Assembly: GCA_002704915.1 (NCBI GenBank)
Contig: PAIP01000034.1
Coordinates: 5,827 to 69,826 of the forward strand
Length of the DNA: 64,000 nucleotides
Direction: 5' to 3'
Source: Parvularcula sp.
Lineage (GTDB): Bacteria; Pseudomonadota; Alphaproteobacteria; Caulobacterales; Parvularculaceae
Shown here piece by piece: positions 16,285 to 25,995 of the stretch. The translations under genes and the position numbers were made by a program. Within the stretch, counting starts at the first letter, position 1, and each line of letters starts with the position of its first letter. A model generated the notes under the pieces. It worked only from the letters and a program-made list of their open reading frames with translations, had not been told where the DNA came from and searched no databases.

Positions 16285-16644
16285 TTAAGCCGCGACGACC
16301 CTCTCCACCTCATAGACGAGATCCTTGAGGTGGAAGGGTTTGGAGAGCACTTTCGCGTCCTCCGGGGCCTGATTGGCTGCGTTCAGCGCAACCGCGGCGA
16401 ATCCGGTGATGAACATGATCTTCATCTCGGGATCGATTTCCGTCGCGCGGCGCGCCAGCTCGATCCCATCCATCACCGGCATGACGATGTCGGTGAGAAG
16501 GAGATCGAATTCGCGCAACTGAAGTTCGGTCAGCGCCTCGTCCCCTTGCGAGGCGTCGATTACCGTATGCCCTGCCCGCTCCAGCGCCTTTTTCAGGAAA
16601 CGCCGCATGGAGTCATCGTCTTCCGCTAATAAAATCGCCGCCAT
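16285..16644 (-). CDS. cpdR: single-domain response regulator, CpdR type
   Basis: ILLAEDDDSMRRFL...LLLTDIVMPVMDGIELARRATEIDPEMKIMFITGFAAVALN...KVLSKPFHLKDLV closely matches the Caulobacter CpdR pattern. Confidence 0.85.
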   Translation of the reverse strand: MAAILLAEDDDSMRRFLKKALERAGHTVIDASQGDEALTELQLREFDLLLTDIVMPVMDGIELARRATEIDPEMKIMFITGFAAVALNAANQAPEDAKVLSKPFHLKDLVYEVERVVAA

Positions 16645-16806
16645 TTACGCTAACCCTTAATATTTCGACCCGTTGGGCTGTGACTGTCCTATATGGGGAT
16701 CGCGGCCAGGCCCGATCCGGTGCTCGGCTCCGATTCTGCAAAAACCGCTCCGTTGAAGCGGGCATTAACGATATGGCCTTAACGAATCCTGCAACTTCAC
16801 GCTAAC

Positions 16807-17760
16807 ATGCCGGAAGTCGTTTTGAATTCAAGTCTGAGGGAGCCGGTCGGCGCAATGACGCAGGATGAGGGAAGAGAAGGACGATTTGGCGCGCGCCGGG
16901 CCGTGGAAGTGCTCGCGCCGACGGCCGTGCAGTCGCCGCTGATCTTCGCCTCGCCCCATTCCGGGCGTGATTATCCGGGCGAACTTTTAAGGAATTCGCG
17001 CCTCGACCGGCACTCCTTGCGCCAATCCGAAGATAGCTATGTAGACCTTCTCTTCGACGAAGCGCCTCATTTCGGCGCGCCCTTGCTGCGCGCGCTTTTT
17101 CCAAGGGCTTATGTGGACGTCAATCGCTCCCGGGACGAGATCGATCCGCGCATGTTCGCCGATGACGTGCCGAAAACCGCCGACAGTCGGTCGAGCCGGG
17201 TGATTGCGGGGCTCGGGGTCATCCCGCGGATCGTTGCGGACGGCCAGGACATCTACGGACGCAAGCTCTATTATCTCGACGCCCGGGGCCGTCTCGCCGC
17301 CTGCTACGATCCTTATCACCGGACTTTGCGGGACCTGATCGACAATGCGCGGGCGCGTTTCGGTTGCGCCATCCTCATCGATTGCCATTCCATGCCGTCC
17401 GCCGGCGGCGCCCCGTTCCGGGCGGGAGAACCGCGCATCGATTTCGTGCTGGGCGACCGCTTCGGGTCTTCCTGCGCCCCTTCGATCATCCGCTTTGTGG
17501 AGGATCTTCTGACCGGCATGGGGTATCAGGTGGCTCGAAACGCTCCTTACGCCGGGGGCTATGTGGCCTCGTCTTATGGCCGCCCGAGAAACGGCGTCCA
17601 TGCCCTGCAGATCGAAATCAACCGGGCGCTCTATCTGGATGAGCGGCGAATCGCACGGACCGAAGGCTTTGACCCTTTGCGCCGGAACATGATTTCCCTG
17701 ATGGAGCGGCTCACCGAGTTTGACGCCGACGATCTGCGCTTGCCTCAGGCGGCTGAATAG
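16807..17760 (+). CDS. N-formylglutamate amidohydrolase family protein
   Basis: FASPHSGRDYP...DVNR...IDCHSMPS motifs of the FGase family. The true start may be the internal ATG near 16855. Confidence 0.8.
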   Translation: MPEVVLNSSLREPVGAMTQDEGREGRFGARRAVEVLAPTAVQSPLIFASPHSGRDYPGELLRNSRLDRHSLRQSEDSYVDLLFDEAPHFGAPLLRALFPRAYVDVNRSRDEIDPRMFADDVPKTADSRSSRVIAGLGVIPRIVADGQDIYGRKLYYLDARGRLAACYDPYHRTLRDLIDNARARFGCAILIDCHSMPSAGGAPFRAGEPRIDFVLGDRFGSSCAPSIIRFVEDLLTGMGYQVARNAPYAGGYVASSYGRPRNGVHALQIEINRALYLDERRIARTEGFDPLRRNMISLMERLTEFDADDLRLPQAAE

Positions 17761-17801
17761 ACCACAATCGGGAGTTCTGACGGCCTCAAAGAAAGTCACT
17801 G

Positions 17802-18405
17802 ACCTCCGCCAAAGGCGGAGGTTTGAGACGCTTCGCTTGGACCACTGGAAGTGGTTTTGTTAGGGATAGTTAGTACTTAAGCTGGAACAAATCGGCGTAA
17901 TCGCTCTGTTTGTCCTGCTTCTCCTGGTTCCGGATATAGCGTCTGACGACCTCCTCCTGGTAGCCCGTGGTCGAGACGAAGTATCCCCGGGCCCAAAAGT
18001 GATAGCCTTTATACTTCCGCTTGCGCGCATACCGGTTCGCCACATAAAGCGCCGTTTTCCCCTTCAGGAACCCCACCACATGCGCCACCGAATATTTCGG
18101 CGGGATCGAGATCAGCATATGTACGTGATCCGGCATCAAGAAGCCTTCCTCAATCACGCACCCCTTCTGGATCGCTAATTTGATAAACAACTCTCGCAGC
18201 TCTTGGCGCAAACTCCCATAAAGCCGCTTCGTCCGGTACTTACTGCCGAAAACAACATGGTATTTGCAGTCCCACGTCGAGTGGGATAGCGTCTTGTAGT
18301 CCATAAAACCTCCATGCTTGGGTTTAAAACCACGGCAATGGTCCAAGCGTGGAGGTATCTTTCCTACAATGTGGAACTCTTCCAATCCTCCACCGGAGGT
18401 GGAGG
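17802..18405 (-). mobile_element. IS200-type insertion sequence (IS200/IS605 family, tnpA only)
   Basis: A Y1 transposase gene is flanked by related subterminal hairpins: ACCTCCGCC-AAA-GGCGGAGGT (17802-17822) and CCTCCACC-GGA-GGTGGAGG (18387-18405). The segment is AT-richer than its surroundings. The exact ends are not determinable. Confidence 0.75.
17870..18304 (-). CDS. tnpA: IS200/IS605 family Y1 transposase TnpA
   Basis: MDYKTLSHSTWDCKYHVVFGSKYR...PDHVHMLISIPPKYSV...GYHFWARGYFVSTTG shows the HUH motif and the catalytic Tyr region. The ORF track's upstream extension to 18505 is rejected. Confidence 0.9.
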   Translation of the reverse strand: MDYKTLSHSTWDCKYHVVFGSKYRTKRLYGSLRQELRELFIKLAIQKGCVIEEGFLMPDHVHMLISIPPKYSVAHVVGFLKGKTALYVANRYARKRKYKGYHFWARGYFVSTTGYQEEVVRRYIRNQEKQDKQSDYADLFQLKY

Positions 18406-18762
18406 TTTTTGATCCAATAAGAAAAAAGGCCGCGGCAGAGCCGCGGCCAAAGTCGTTAGGGAGGAAACGCCCAAGAACTGGGCAGCAGCACCATAAGCGC
18501 TGCAAGATTGTTTATAACACCAATTATTATTGCGACGCAACAAAAATTTTGCAACGCAGCATTCCGCACGGGAAAAGCGGCTGAACTCTGAAGGAAACCC
18601 AGGTTTTCTGCGGTTTTTTCCCCAGGGGCGGCTTTATTTCAGTTTTTCACCCGGCAGGAATACGATCTGAACGGCGCTGCGGGCTGGTAAAGATTGTCAA
18701 AACGGCCCCGGCGCCTTACGCCACGCGCTCTCCTTAACCATGTTATTTGACGCCCAGGACAG

Positions 18763-19965
18763 GTGCCCCGCATGAGCGACAGCCAGCCCCCGACTCAGAC
18801 CACCACCGAGCCGACAGAAAAAAAGAAAAGCGCCTTGCGCCGTCTCGGTTCCGGGGTTGGCCGGCTGACGCGCGTCAAAAAGAAATTCGACATGCCCAAG
18901 GGCGAGCAGGGGCTGAAGATCGTTATCGCCACCGACGCCTGGAAACCGCAGTTGAACGGCGTCGTCAGGACCCTCGACACGCTGGGCCGGATTCTCACCG
19001 ATTTCGGCAATGAAGTTCTGTACATCACGCCTAACGAGTTCCGCTCGGTGCCTTTACCCTCCTATCCGGAGATCAGGCTGTCTTTGATGCCGAACCGGAA
19101 GGTCGCCAAGATGATTAACGACTTTCAGCCGGACGCCATCCACATTGCAACGGAAGGGCCCATCGGGCGGGCGACGCGCCGCTTCTGCAAACGCCGGGGC
19201 TATCCCTTCACCACGAGCTTTCATACGCGGTTTGCCGAATACGCCAATGAGCGCTGGAAAGTGCCGACGAGCTGGGGCTATGGCATCCTGAAGGATTTTC
19301 ACAAGGACGGCGAAACCATGATGGTGGCGACGCCGGGCCTTGTCTCTGAACTGAAAGAGCGCGGCTTTACGAATATGAAACTATGGGCCCGCGGCGTCGA
19401 TCTCGAACAGTTCACGCCCGGCGACCGCTCGCTGCTCGACAAACATGAGCGGCCGGTTTTTCTTTATGTAGGCCGGCTGGCTGTTGAGAAAAGCATCGAG
19501 GATTTTCTGGAGGCCGATCTTCCCGGGACCAAGGTCATTGTCGGGGACGGGCCTCAAAGGGAAGAACTGGAGGCCAAATACAAGGACGCAGTTTTTACCG
19601 GGCCCAAATATGGCGACGAACTGACAAAATATTATCAGGCCTCGGACGTCTTCGTGTTTCCCTCGCGCACGGACACCTTCGGTCTGGTTAATGTGGAGGC
19701 GCTCGCCTGCGGCGTGCCGGTTGCGGCTTACCCTGTGCGTGGACCGCTGGAAATTCTCGACGGCGCGCCGGCGGGTTGCGGCTCAATGGATGAAGACCTG
19801 ACCAAAGCCTGTCTGACGGCGTATGAAAACCGCGATCCCAAAGCCTGCCGCGAATGGGCGGAGAATTTCTCCTGGGAAGCTGCGTCACGGCAGTTCATCG
19901 CCAATCTCGAAACCCCCGGCTTTGATGACCAGTTCTGGTTGCGTTCGGCCAAGATGATCGACTGA
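18763..19965 (+). CDS. GT4-family glycosyltransferase (SqdX/SQD2-like glycolipid synthase type)
   Basis: LKIVIATDAWKPQLNGVVRTL...PSYPEIRL...VGRLAVEKSIEDF...FPSRTDTFGLVNVEALACGVPV is a GT-B/GT4 signature. The start is uncertain: a Ser/Thr/Lys-rich N-terminal extension, or ATG near 18892. Confidence 0.8.
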   Translation: MPRMSDSQPPTQTTTEPTEKKKSALRRLGSGVGRLTRVKKKFDMPKGEQGLKIVIATDAWKPQLNGVVRTLDTLGRILTDFGNEVLYITPNEFRSVPLPSYPEIRLSLMPNRKVAKMINDFQPDAIHIATEGPIGRATRRFCKRRGYPFTTSFHTRFAEYANERWKVPTSWGYGILKDFHKDGETMMVATPGLVSELKERGFTNMKLWARGVDLEQFTPGDRSLLDKHERPVFLYVGRLAVEKSIEDFLEADLPGTKVIVGDGPQREELEAKYKDAVFTGPKYGDELTKYYQASDVFVFPSRTDTFGLVNVEALACGVPVAAYPVRGPLEILDGAPAGCGSMDEDLTKACLTAYENRDPKACREWAENFSWEAASRQFIANLETPGFDDQFWLRSAKMID

Positions 19966-20168
19966 TCTGTTCCGATCTGACACAAACGGCGCCCCTTTCC
20001 GGCGTCTCATAGGGAGGCGGACACATCTTGCGCGCGTGAAAAGCGCGTTTTAGGCGAGCGAGTTTATTGCGGTTCACGCTTGCGGCACGGTGTTTGCGTT
20101 GAGCTCCGCATTCAGGCAACGCGCGGAATTAAGATGCGCGAGGGTTGTCGTGGTGTGGAGTAAGAGTA

Positions 20169-20561
20169 ATGGCGCATCCAATTGACGTGCATGTAGGCCG
20201 GCGGCTGAGGCAGCGTCGCCGTCTCCTCGGGTTAACGCAGGAAAAGCTGGCGCAGGCGGTCGATATCCGTTTCCAGCAGATTCAAAAATATGAAAGCGGT
20301 TCAAACCGCATTTCGGCCTCGCGGCTATGGTCGCTGGCGAAAGCGCTCGATGTTTCTATCACCTATTTCTTCGAAGGCATGAATGGGGCCGAGCCGAAGC
20401 TCGATATGGATCTGCGCGAGGAATTTGGTTTCGCCGAAGCGCCGGCCGAAGGGCTTCTGGACGAGAAAGAGACCATGGATCTCGTGCGTTATTACTACCG
20501 GCTTGAAGAAGAACCGCGCCGCCGTCTGCTTGATCTGGCGCGCGCACTCTCTGAAACCTGA
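20169..20561 (+). CDS. XRE-family HTH transcriptional regulator
   Basis: VGRRLRQRRRLLGLTQEKLAQAVDIRFQQIQKYESGSNRISASRLWSLAKAL is a classical Cro/C1-type HTH. Confidence 0.85.
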   Translation: MAHPIDVHVGRRLRQRRRLLGLTQEKLAQAVDIRFQQIQKYESGSNRISASRLWSLAKALDVSITYFFEGMNGAEPKLDMDLREEFGFAEAPAEGLLDEKETMDLVRYYYRLEEEPRRRLLDLARALSET

Positions 20562-20627
20562 TCGAGCGAACCCTCCGAGAACTTCTGGCTTGCACCATGG
20601 CGCGGCGATCAGCATGATCGCCGCGCC

Positions 20628-21437
20628 ATGACCTTTTCTCCGCAAGACCTGCAGGAATTTTCGAGTTTCGCACTGCGCCTCGCTGATGCTGCGCGCGCAG
20701 AAACCCTGCCGCGTTTTCGAAAAGGAACGACTATCTTCAACAAGGCGGGGCCCTGGTTCGACCCGGTCACGGATGCCGACCGCGAGGCCGAGCGCGCTCT
20801 GAGGCGGATGATTGAAAAGATTTATCCGCGTCACGGCGTGCTCGGCGAAGAGTTTGGCGAAACACCGGGCGATGAAGCGTGGCGCTGGGTGCTTGATCCC
20901 GTGGACGGCACGCGGGCTTTCATGTGCGGAACGCCAAGCTGGGCGACTCTGATTGCTTTGGAACATGACGCTTCGCCCGTGATCGGCGTGATCGACCAGC
21001 CTTTCACCGACGAACGCTGGGTCGGCGCAGGCGGCAAAACGCTTTACACCCATCGCGGCGAAACCAGCTTTGCGAAAACCAGCGGCCTGACCGACATCGC
21101 CAAGGCGCGCCTATCGACAACAGATCCGCTGGCGAGCGGCTATTTTTCGGACGCCGAAGCGGCGGCATTTGCACGTGTGGCGAAGGCTGCCCGCGTGGCG
21201 CGGTTCTCGCTTGATGCTTACGCCTACGCCCTTCTTGCGAGCGGTGAGCTCGATCTTGTTATCGAAAGCAGCTTGCAGCGCCATGACTATGCGGCTCTCA
21301 TTCCGGTGGTCGAAGGCGCCGGCGGCGTCGTTACAAACTGGCAGGGACAGCCGCCGGGGAGCGACGACACGGGCGAGTTAATCGCGGCTGCGACGCCGGA
21401 GCTGCACGCCGCCGCGCTAGAGTTGTTGAAGGCTTAG
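20628..21437 (+). CDS. hisN: inositol monophosphatase-family histidinol-phosphatase
   Basis: PVTDADREAE...GEEFG...WVLDPVDGTRAF...DAYAYALLASGELDLVIE matches the HisN subgroup of the IMPase family. Confidence 0.7.
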   Translation: MTFSPQDLQEFSSFALRLADAARAETLPRFRKGTTIFNKAGPWFDPVTDADREAERALRRMIEKIYPRHGVLGEEFGETPGDEAWRWVLDPVDGTRAFMCGTPSWATLIALEHDASPVIGVIDQPFTDERWVGAGGKTLYTHRGETSFAKTSGLTDIAKARLSTTDPLASGYFSDAEAAAFARVAKAARVARFSLDAYAYALLASGELDLVIESSLQRHDYAALIPVVEGAGGVVTNWQGQPPGSDDTGELIAAATPELHAAALELLKA

Positions 21438-21440
21438 GGC

Positions 21441-22547
21441 CTATTCCGAAACGCAGGGCGCGTCCGCGTCACCCGTCAGCATCAGCGTCATCATTCGCCG
21501 GGAGAGCTTGCCCGTATTCGGCGTATTGTAGGCGTTGCTCAGAACCACAAGGAAGACGTTTTCCTCCGGCGCGAACATGAACGCCGCCTGACCGCCGGGC
21601 GCCAAGCCGGTGTGCCAGATCATACGAACCCCGCAAAACATAGTTTCGTTGAAGCCTAGACCGTAGGAGGTCGGTGCGCCGTCTGGAAGCGGCTGCGGGG
21701 TCCAGGCCTCATCAAGCGTCGCCTCGCTAATAAACTGGCCTGCGGTCAAAAGCGTGATCCAGCGGTTGAGATCTCCCGCTGAAGAGAGAAGGGCGCCGGC
21801 TGCGCTTACATGAGACATGTCGAGACCGGGCGCGTTCAATACGCCGCTATCGCGAAGCTCATAAGCGGCCGCACGGTTTTTGATAATAGCGTCATGAGCA
21901 TCGAAGTGAGAATTCGTCATATTGTGGTCAGTGAAAAACGCATTGACGGCATCGTTGTAGGATCGTCCCGTAATTTTCTCGATGACATGCGCGACGATTA
22001 CATAGTTGAAATTCACATATTCGTACTTCTCGCCAGGCGGAAATGCGGTGGGCGCATCCTTTGCCAGATCGATAAGTTTGTCCGTGGTTATGGGCAGCCA
22101 TATATGTTCCAGCAAAGCAGGATCCAGGAGAAAGTCTGCAATGCCTGACCGATGACTCAAAAGCTGGCGCATGGTGACCGCGCCAAATTGTTCGGGCAAC
22201 TCCGGCGCATAGACGCTGACAGGTCGATCAAGGTTGAGACGCCCTTTTTCCGCGAGTTGCAGGACCATAACGGCGGTGACGGGTTTTGAGAGAGAGCCGA
22301 TGCGCACCGGCGTCTCGTCCGTCATGGGCTCGTCCCATTCAAGATTAGCGTATCCGACGGCGCCGGAAACAAGAACGGCTCCATTTTTTGAAACAAGATA
22401 GGCGGCGCCTGGCCCCGAAGGGTCATAAGCCTCAACCACCAGGGCGCCTGCCGCTTCAGCGCGCACTAACACCGGATCTGAAGGCGTCGCCGCGCAACCA
22501 GACGCAAAAAAAAGGACGAACAGACAACTCTTCAAACTAGCGGTCAT
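21441..22547 (-). CDS. serine hydrolase / beta-lactamase-family protein (secreted)
   Basis: A signal peptide, the S-x-x-K motif (GSLSKPVT) and class C/esterase-like length. Confidence 0.85.
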   Translation of the reverse strand: MTASLKSCLFVLFFASGCAATPSDPVLVRAEAAGALVVEAYDPSGPGAAYLVSKNGAVLVSGAVGYANLEWDEPMTDETPVRIGSLSKPVTAVMVLQLAEKGRLNLDRPVSVYAPELPEQFGAVTMRQLLSHRSGIADFLLDPALLEHIWLPITTDKLIDLAKDAPTAFPPGEKYEYVNFNYVIVAHVIEKITGRSYNDAVNAFFTDHNMTNSHFDAHDAIIKNRAAAYELRDSGVLNAPGLDMSHVSAAGALLSSAGDLNRWITLLTAGQFISEATLDEAWTPQPLPDGAPTSYGLGFNETMFCGVRMIWHTGLAPGGQAAFMFAPEENVFLVVLSNAYNTPNTGKLSRRMMTLMLTGDADAPCVSE

Positions 22548-23055
22548 TGCCGCTGACTTTCAGATCTTGTTGATATTGCGGGAATTGCTGACAAAGCCGG
22601 GCGAGCAGGGGCTTTGCGTGGAGCGCGCGTTCAAGTTTCAAAACCGTATCACTCATGTCGACGCCGATTTCGCGCCACAAGGCGTCATAAACCTTTTCAA
22701 AATCACGCATCATCTGGACGGCTTCTTTCACTTCGGCGCGTTTGCGTCCGGAAAGGGAAAAAACACGTTTTCTCGCATCCTTTTTGCTGACGGCGGATTT
22801 TACATAGCTTTCCGCCTCGAGCGTTTTCAGCCGCGATTCCACGAGCTGGCGGGACAATCCTGTGAAGGCCGCGAGATCGCTCGAGCTCTGTTCGTCTTTT
22901 TCATAAAGAGCGATCACCAGCGAGGTCAGCTTTGCATCAAGGCCAATGCCGGATCTCCAGAAGGCTTCCCGGCCTTGTTCGCCGATGAGATCGGACACGC
23001 GCCGCATTTTCAGACCGAAAAGATTTTCCGAGAGAGCGTTCATTGCACAGACCAT
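22537..23055 (-). CDS. MarR-family transcriptional regulator
   Basis: A winged-helix segment SSSDLAAFTGLSRQLVESRLKTLEAESYV. It overlaps the start of the downstream hydrolase. Confidence 0.8.
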   Translation of the reverse strand: MVCAMNALSENLFGLKMRRVSDLIGEQGREAFWRSGIGLDAKLTSLVIALYEKDEQSSSDLAAFTGLSRQLVESRLKTLEAESYVKSAVSKKDARKRVFSLSGRKRAEVKEAVQMMRDFEKVYDALWREIGVDMSDTVLKLERALHAKPLLARLCQQFPQYQQDLKVSGNDR

Positions 23056-23229
23056 ATTGATTTGCGCAAATTTTAGCGCAAATATCTTCTAATTTCAACC
23101 CATGCCGGGAGGCTGCTCACCGACGATAGTCTACTGGCCGATGCGGCGTTTTGAGTGCGTGGCGCGCCTGTTACAAATCTGACATATGAGGCGCATAACA
23201 TTGGCGAGAAGTAGTCCGGGGAGGCGACA

Positions 23230-23655
23230 ATGCCGCGGCTCTTATTATGCCTGTTTTTCCTGGCGACAATGATCACAGCCTGTGACTTGAGCCCCACCTC
23301 CAGTCACGGTTTCCGGCTGCCCGATGGCGACGCAGAAGCGGGGCGTCAGGTTTTCATCGACAAGAAATGTTCGAGCTGTCACGTCATTGAGGGCATGGAG
23401 GACTTGCGCGAAGGTCTCGCGATCGAGAACACCGTGCCGATTGGCGGGATGACGACGAAGGTGGATACATACGGCCAACTTGTGACTTCGATCATCAATC
23501 CCTCCCACAGGATCTCCCGCGCCTATCGCTCGGAGGCCTATTCCGAAGAGGGCGAATCGAAGATGCGCAATTATAATGATGAATTGACCGTCAGCGAATT
23601 GATCGACCTCGTCGCTTTCCTGCAGGCGCAATATGCGGAGTTTCCAGATTACTAA
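23230..23655 (+). CDS. c-type cytochrome (lipoprotein-like signal)
   Basis: A CSSCH haem-binding motif and an N-terminal signal with Cys. Confidence 0.7.
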   Translation: MPRLLLCLFFLATMITACDLSPTSSHGFRLPDGDAEAGRQVFIDKKCSSCHVIEGMEDLREGLAIENTVPIGGMTTKVDTYGQLVTSIINPSHRISRAYRSEAYSEEGESKMRNYNDELTVSELIDLVAFLQAQYAEFPDY

Positions 23656-24593
23656 CGGCTATCGACCTGCAAAACCGGCGCAACGAAATCATCGAACGCC
23701 TTGAAATAAAGCGCGCGGATGGCGTCGCGCTCCATCATGATCTCATGCAGCGCGCCGGGAATGACTTGCTGAGAGATCTTGTCGCTGGAGGCGGCGATGA
23801 TGGCGTGATCGGCGCCATCTATCTGCTGCTCGTTTCCCGCGGAGATAATCAGCACTGGAACCTTGATTCCGGCGAGCGCGCCCGGCGCATGGATATTAGC
23901 GCTGTCCATCATGGCCGCCTTGACCCAGCCATAAGTCGGCGTCGTCGAGGCGGCCTCCGGCGCCGCCAGTTTCAAGTCGCGAAAGCGTGCGTGACGGGTC
24001 TTGTCGCTGGTGAAGATGTTGCCCTCGAAGGCCTCCGAATGATCGCGGGAGCGTGCGGTTTCCGTGTTTGCAAAACCGAACGCGCATGCGGCCGACGCCG
24101 CAAAAGCGATCACCTTGTTTTGCAATTCGGGAAAAAGGCGCGTCATGGGCGCGCATAACACCGCCCGTGAAAAACCTTCATATCCCTCCGCCAGCAGCAT
24201 CAGGCCGGGCAGGCCGCCCATGGAATGTGTCATGAGGATGTAGGGCGCGGCGAAACGCGGCTTTACATGATGTTCTGTGAAATGACGCAGGTCTTCCTTG
24301 AGCGTTTCGAAGTAGCCGCTCCATTTCATGGCGCGGGCGCTGTCCCGGTCGGAAAGCCCCTGACCCCGCCAGTCCATCATCGCGACATTGAGGTTTCGCG
24401 CCTGAAGATCGCGCACGGTCTCGAAATATTTCTCGATGAATTCCGACCAGCCGGTGACGAGAACCACCGTGCCGCGCGCATGCTCTGCGGGAAAAAACGC
24501 GGCGCGCAGTCTCGCGCCGTCCGGCGCCGAGATGTCTTCAACGCTTGCGCCCTCGGGCAAGAGATTGCCGGCGATGTCGATGAACCGGCTCAC
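23652..24593 (-). CDS. alpha/beta hydrolase (lysophospholipase-like)
   Basis: An HSMGG nucleophile elbow. The GTG start overlaps the stop of the upstream SCP2 gene (GTGA). The track's extension to 24800 is rejected. Confidence 0.8.
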   Translation of the reverse strand: MSRFIDIAGNLLPEGASVEDISAPDGARLRAAFFPAEHARGTVVLVTGWSEFIEKYFETVRDLQARNLNVAMMDWRGQGLSDRDSARAMKWSGYFETLKEDLRHFTEHHVKPRFAAPYILMTHSMGGLPGLMLLAEGYEGFSRAVLCAPMTRLFPELQNKVIAFAASAACAFGFANTETARSRDHSEAFEGNIFTSDKTRHARFRDLKLAAPEAASTTPTYGWVKAAMMDSANIHAPGALAGIKVPVLIISAGNEQQIDGADHAIIAASSDKISQQVIPGALHEIMMERDAIRALYFKAFDDFVAPVLQVDSR

Positions 24594-24907
24594 CGGACTT
24601 CCGCAAGCTTGAGGCGGGCCATGACGCTGATATCGCCGGAAACGGCGACGCGGCCCGAGACATAAGCGCTTTCGAAGCTGCGCGCGCTTCCCATGGCGCG
24701 GATCAGGGCGTCCCGCGCGCCACGCCACAGACAATCGTCCGCTGCGTTGTCGGGAGCCGTCGCCAAAAGCTGCGGCGGGTCCTGGCGTCCGTCGACCCAA
24801 AGCGGAGGAGCGTTGTCAGGCGCGATTTTCAACACGGCGTCAAAAGGGGCGGCGAAGGCTTTCTTCGCTGCTGCGCTTAGGGCGTCTTCGGTATCCGCGT
24901 TGCTCAA
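24590..24907 (-). CDS. SCP2 sterol-binding-domain protein
   Basis: A 105-aa protein whose C-terminal FESAYVSGRVAVSGDISVMARL resembles the SCP-2 fold consensus. Confidence 0.65.
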   Translation of the reverse strand: MSNADTEDALSAAAKKAFAAPFDAVLKIAPDNAPPLWVDGRQDPPQLLATAPDNAADDCLWRGARDALIRAMGSARSFESAYVSGRVAVSGDISVMARLKLAEVR

Positions 24908-24919
24908 CCCCTTCCTCCC

Positions 24920-25825
24920 TTACTCGAGCAAGGCGCCGTCGGCCGCAATGGATTTGCGGAATTTCAGCGTCATGCGGTCGCTCTCGCCAATGGCGTCATA
25001 ATGAGCGCGGTCGAAATCGGGGTCGTCCTCGCCATTGATCTGCGCGGACCGGCGCACCGGCGGCAGGGTCCACACGCCGAAAGGATGGTCTTTCGTATCG
25101 GCGGGGGTCGCATTGATTTCAGAGGCTGAGTCGAATTCGAAACCCGCCGCTTCCGCCATGGCGATCACATCGTCCGTGTACACATAACCGGACGAGCCGT
25201 CGCGCGGCAGGTCCGATCCGTCGGCGTTATGTTCGACGACGCCGAGCACCCCTCCGGGTTTCAGGGCGCGATAGAATTCCTCGAATGTGTCTTCTGCAAT
25301 CTCCCGACCCATAAAGCTGTGAATGTTGCGGAAGGTGACGACCATGTCGGCGGACCCTTCAGGGGCGATGTGATGGCCTTCGCCGAGCGTCGTCATTTCA
25401 ACCTCGCCATAGGTCTCAGGCCCTTCCACATAAGTTTTGCGAAAAGCGTCGAGCGCGGCGCGGGCGCGCTCGCTCGCGCCTTCGGCGGGAAAGCTCGCCG
25501 CATAAAGCTTGCCGCCGCCGGTTTCGAGGTAAGGCGCGATTATCTGGGTGTACCAGCCGCCGCCGGGATAGACCTCAACCACGGTCATGTCCGGCTCCAT
25601 TCCGAAAAACAGGAGGGTTTCCTTGGGGTGGCGGAATTCGTCGCGCGCGCGCTCTTCCTCGCTGCGGTGATTGCCGGCGAGCACGGCGTCCAGCCGCGCG
25701 GCGTTGTCCATGGGCGCTGCGTCTTCGACAGCGGCCGATGATACCTCGCTTTCGCCCCCGCATGCCGCCAGTCCGAGGCTGGCTATAACGGCGAAACCGG
25801 CGTAAAGGGTTGATTTTAAAGTCAT
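24920..25825 (-). CDS. class I SAM-dependent methyltransferase with lipoprotein signal
   Basis: MTLKSTLYAGFAVIASLGLAACGG lipobox and the VVEVYPGGGWYTQ / LKPGGVLGVVEH methyltransferase motifs. The start is set at ATG 25825. Confidence 0.75.
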   Translation of the reverse strand: MTLKSTLYAGFAVIASLGLAACGGESEVSSAAVEDAAPMDNAARLDAVLAGNHRSEEERARDEFRHPKETLLFFGMEPDMTVVEVYPGGGWYTQIIAPYLETGGGKLYAASFPAEGASERARAALDAFRKTYVEGPETYGEVEMTTLGEGHHIAPEGSADMVVTFRNIHSFMGREIAEDTFEEFYRALKPGGVLGVVEHNADGSDLPRDGSSGYVYTDDVIAMAEAAGFEFDSASEINATPADTKDHPFGVWTLPPVRRSAQINGEDDPDFDRAHYDAIGESDRMTLKFRKSIAADGALLE

Positions 25826-25891
25826 GTTCGGCTCCCATCCATGTTTGGCAGGCTGTTTACCACGGTTTCCGCGGCGCCAGAAGCGCAAGCC

Positions 25892-25919
25892 CTTGAACTC
25901 GCCTCTACGGCGCCTATCT
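25892..25919 (+). promoter_or_regulatory. candidate RpoH (sigma-32) promoter for hsp20
   Basis: CTTG (25892-25895), 17 nt, then CCTATCT (25913-25919). This matches the alphaproteobacterial heat-shock promoter consensus CTTG-N17/18-CYTATNT. Confidence 0.5.
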
Positions 25920-25995
25920 CGGTTTTGACGGAGGCCAGACCGGCTCCGTTCGCGTCCCATTCCGGCCTGATGGCGGAACAAAGGGCGCGCGCAAC

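Noticed and set aside
16645-16806. I searched for CtrA boxes (TTAA-N7-TTAA) in the cpdR upstream region.
   Set aside because: Only TTAA pairs with the wrong spacing were found, for example TTAA-N10-TTAA near 16768-16785. There is no convincing site.
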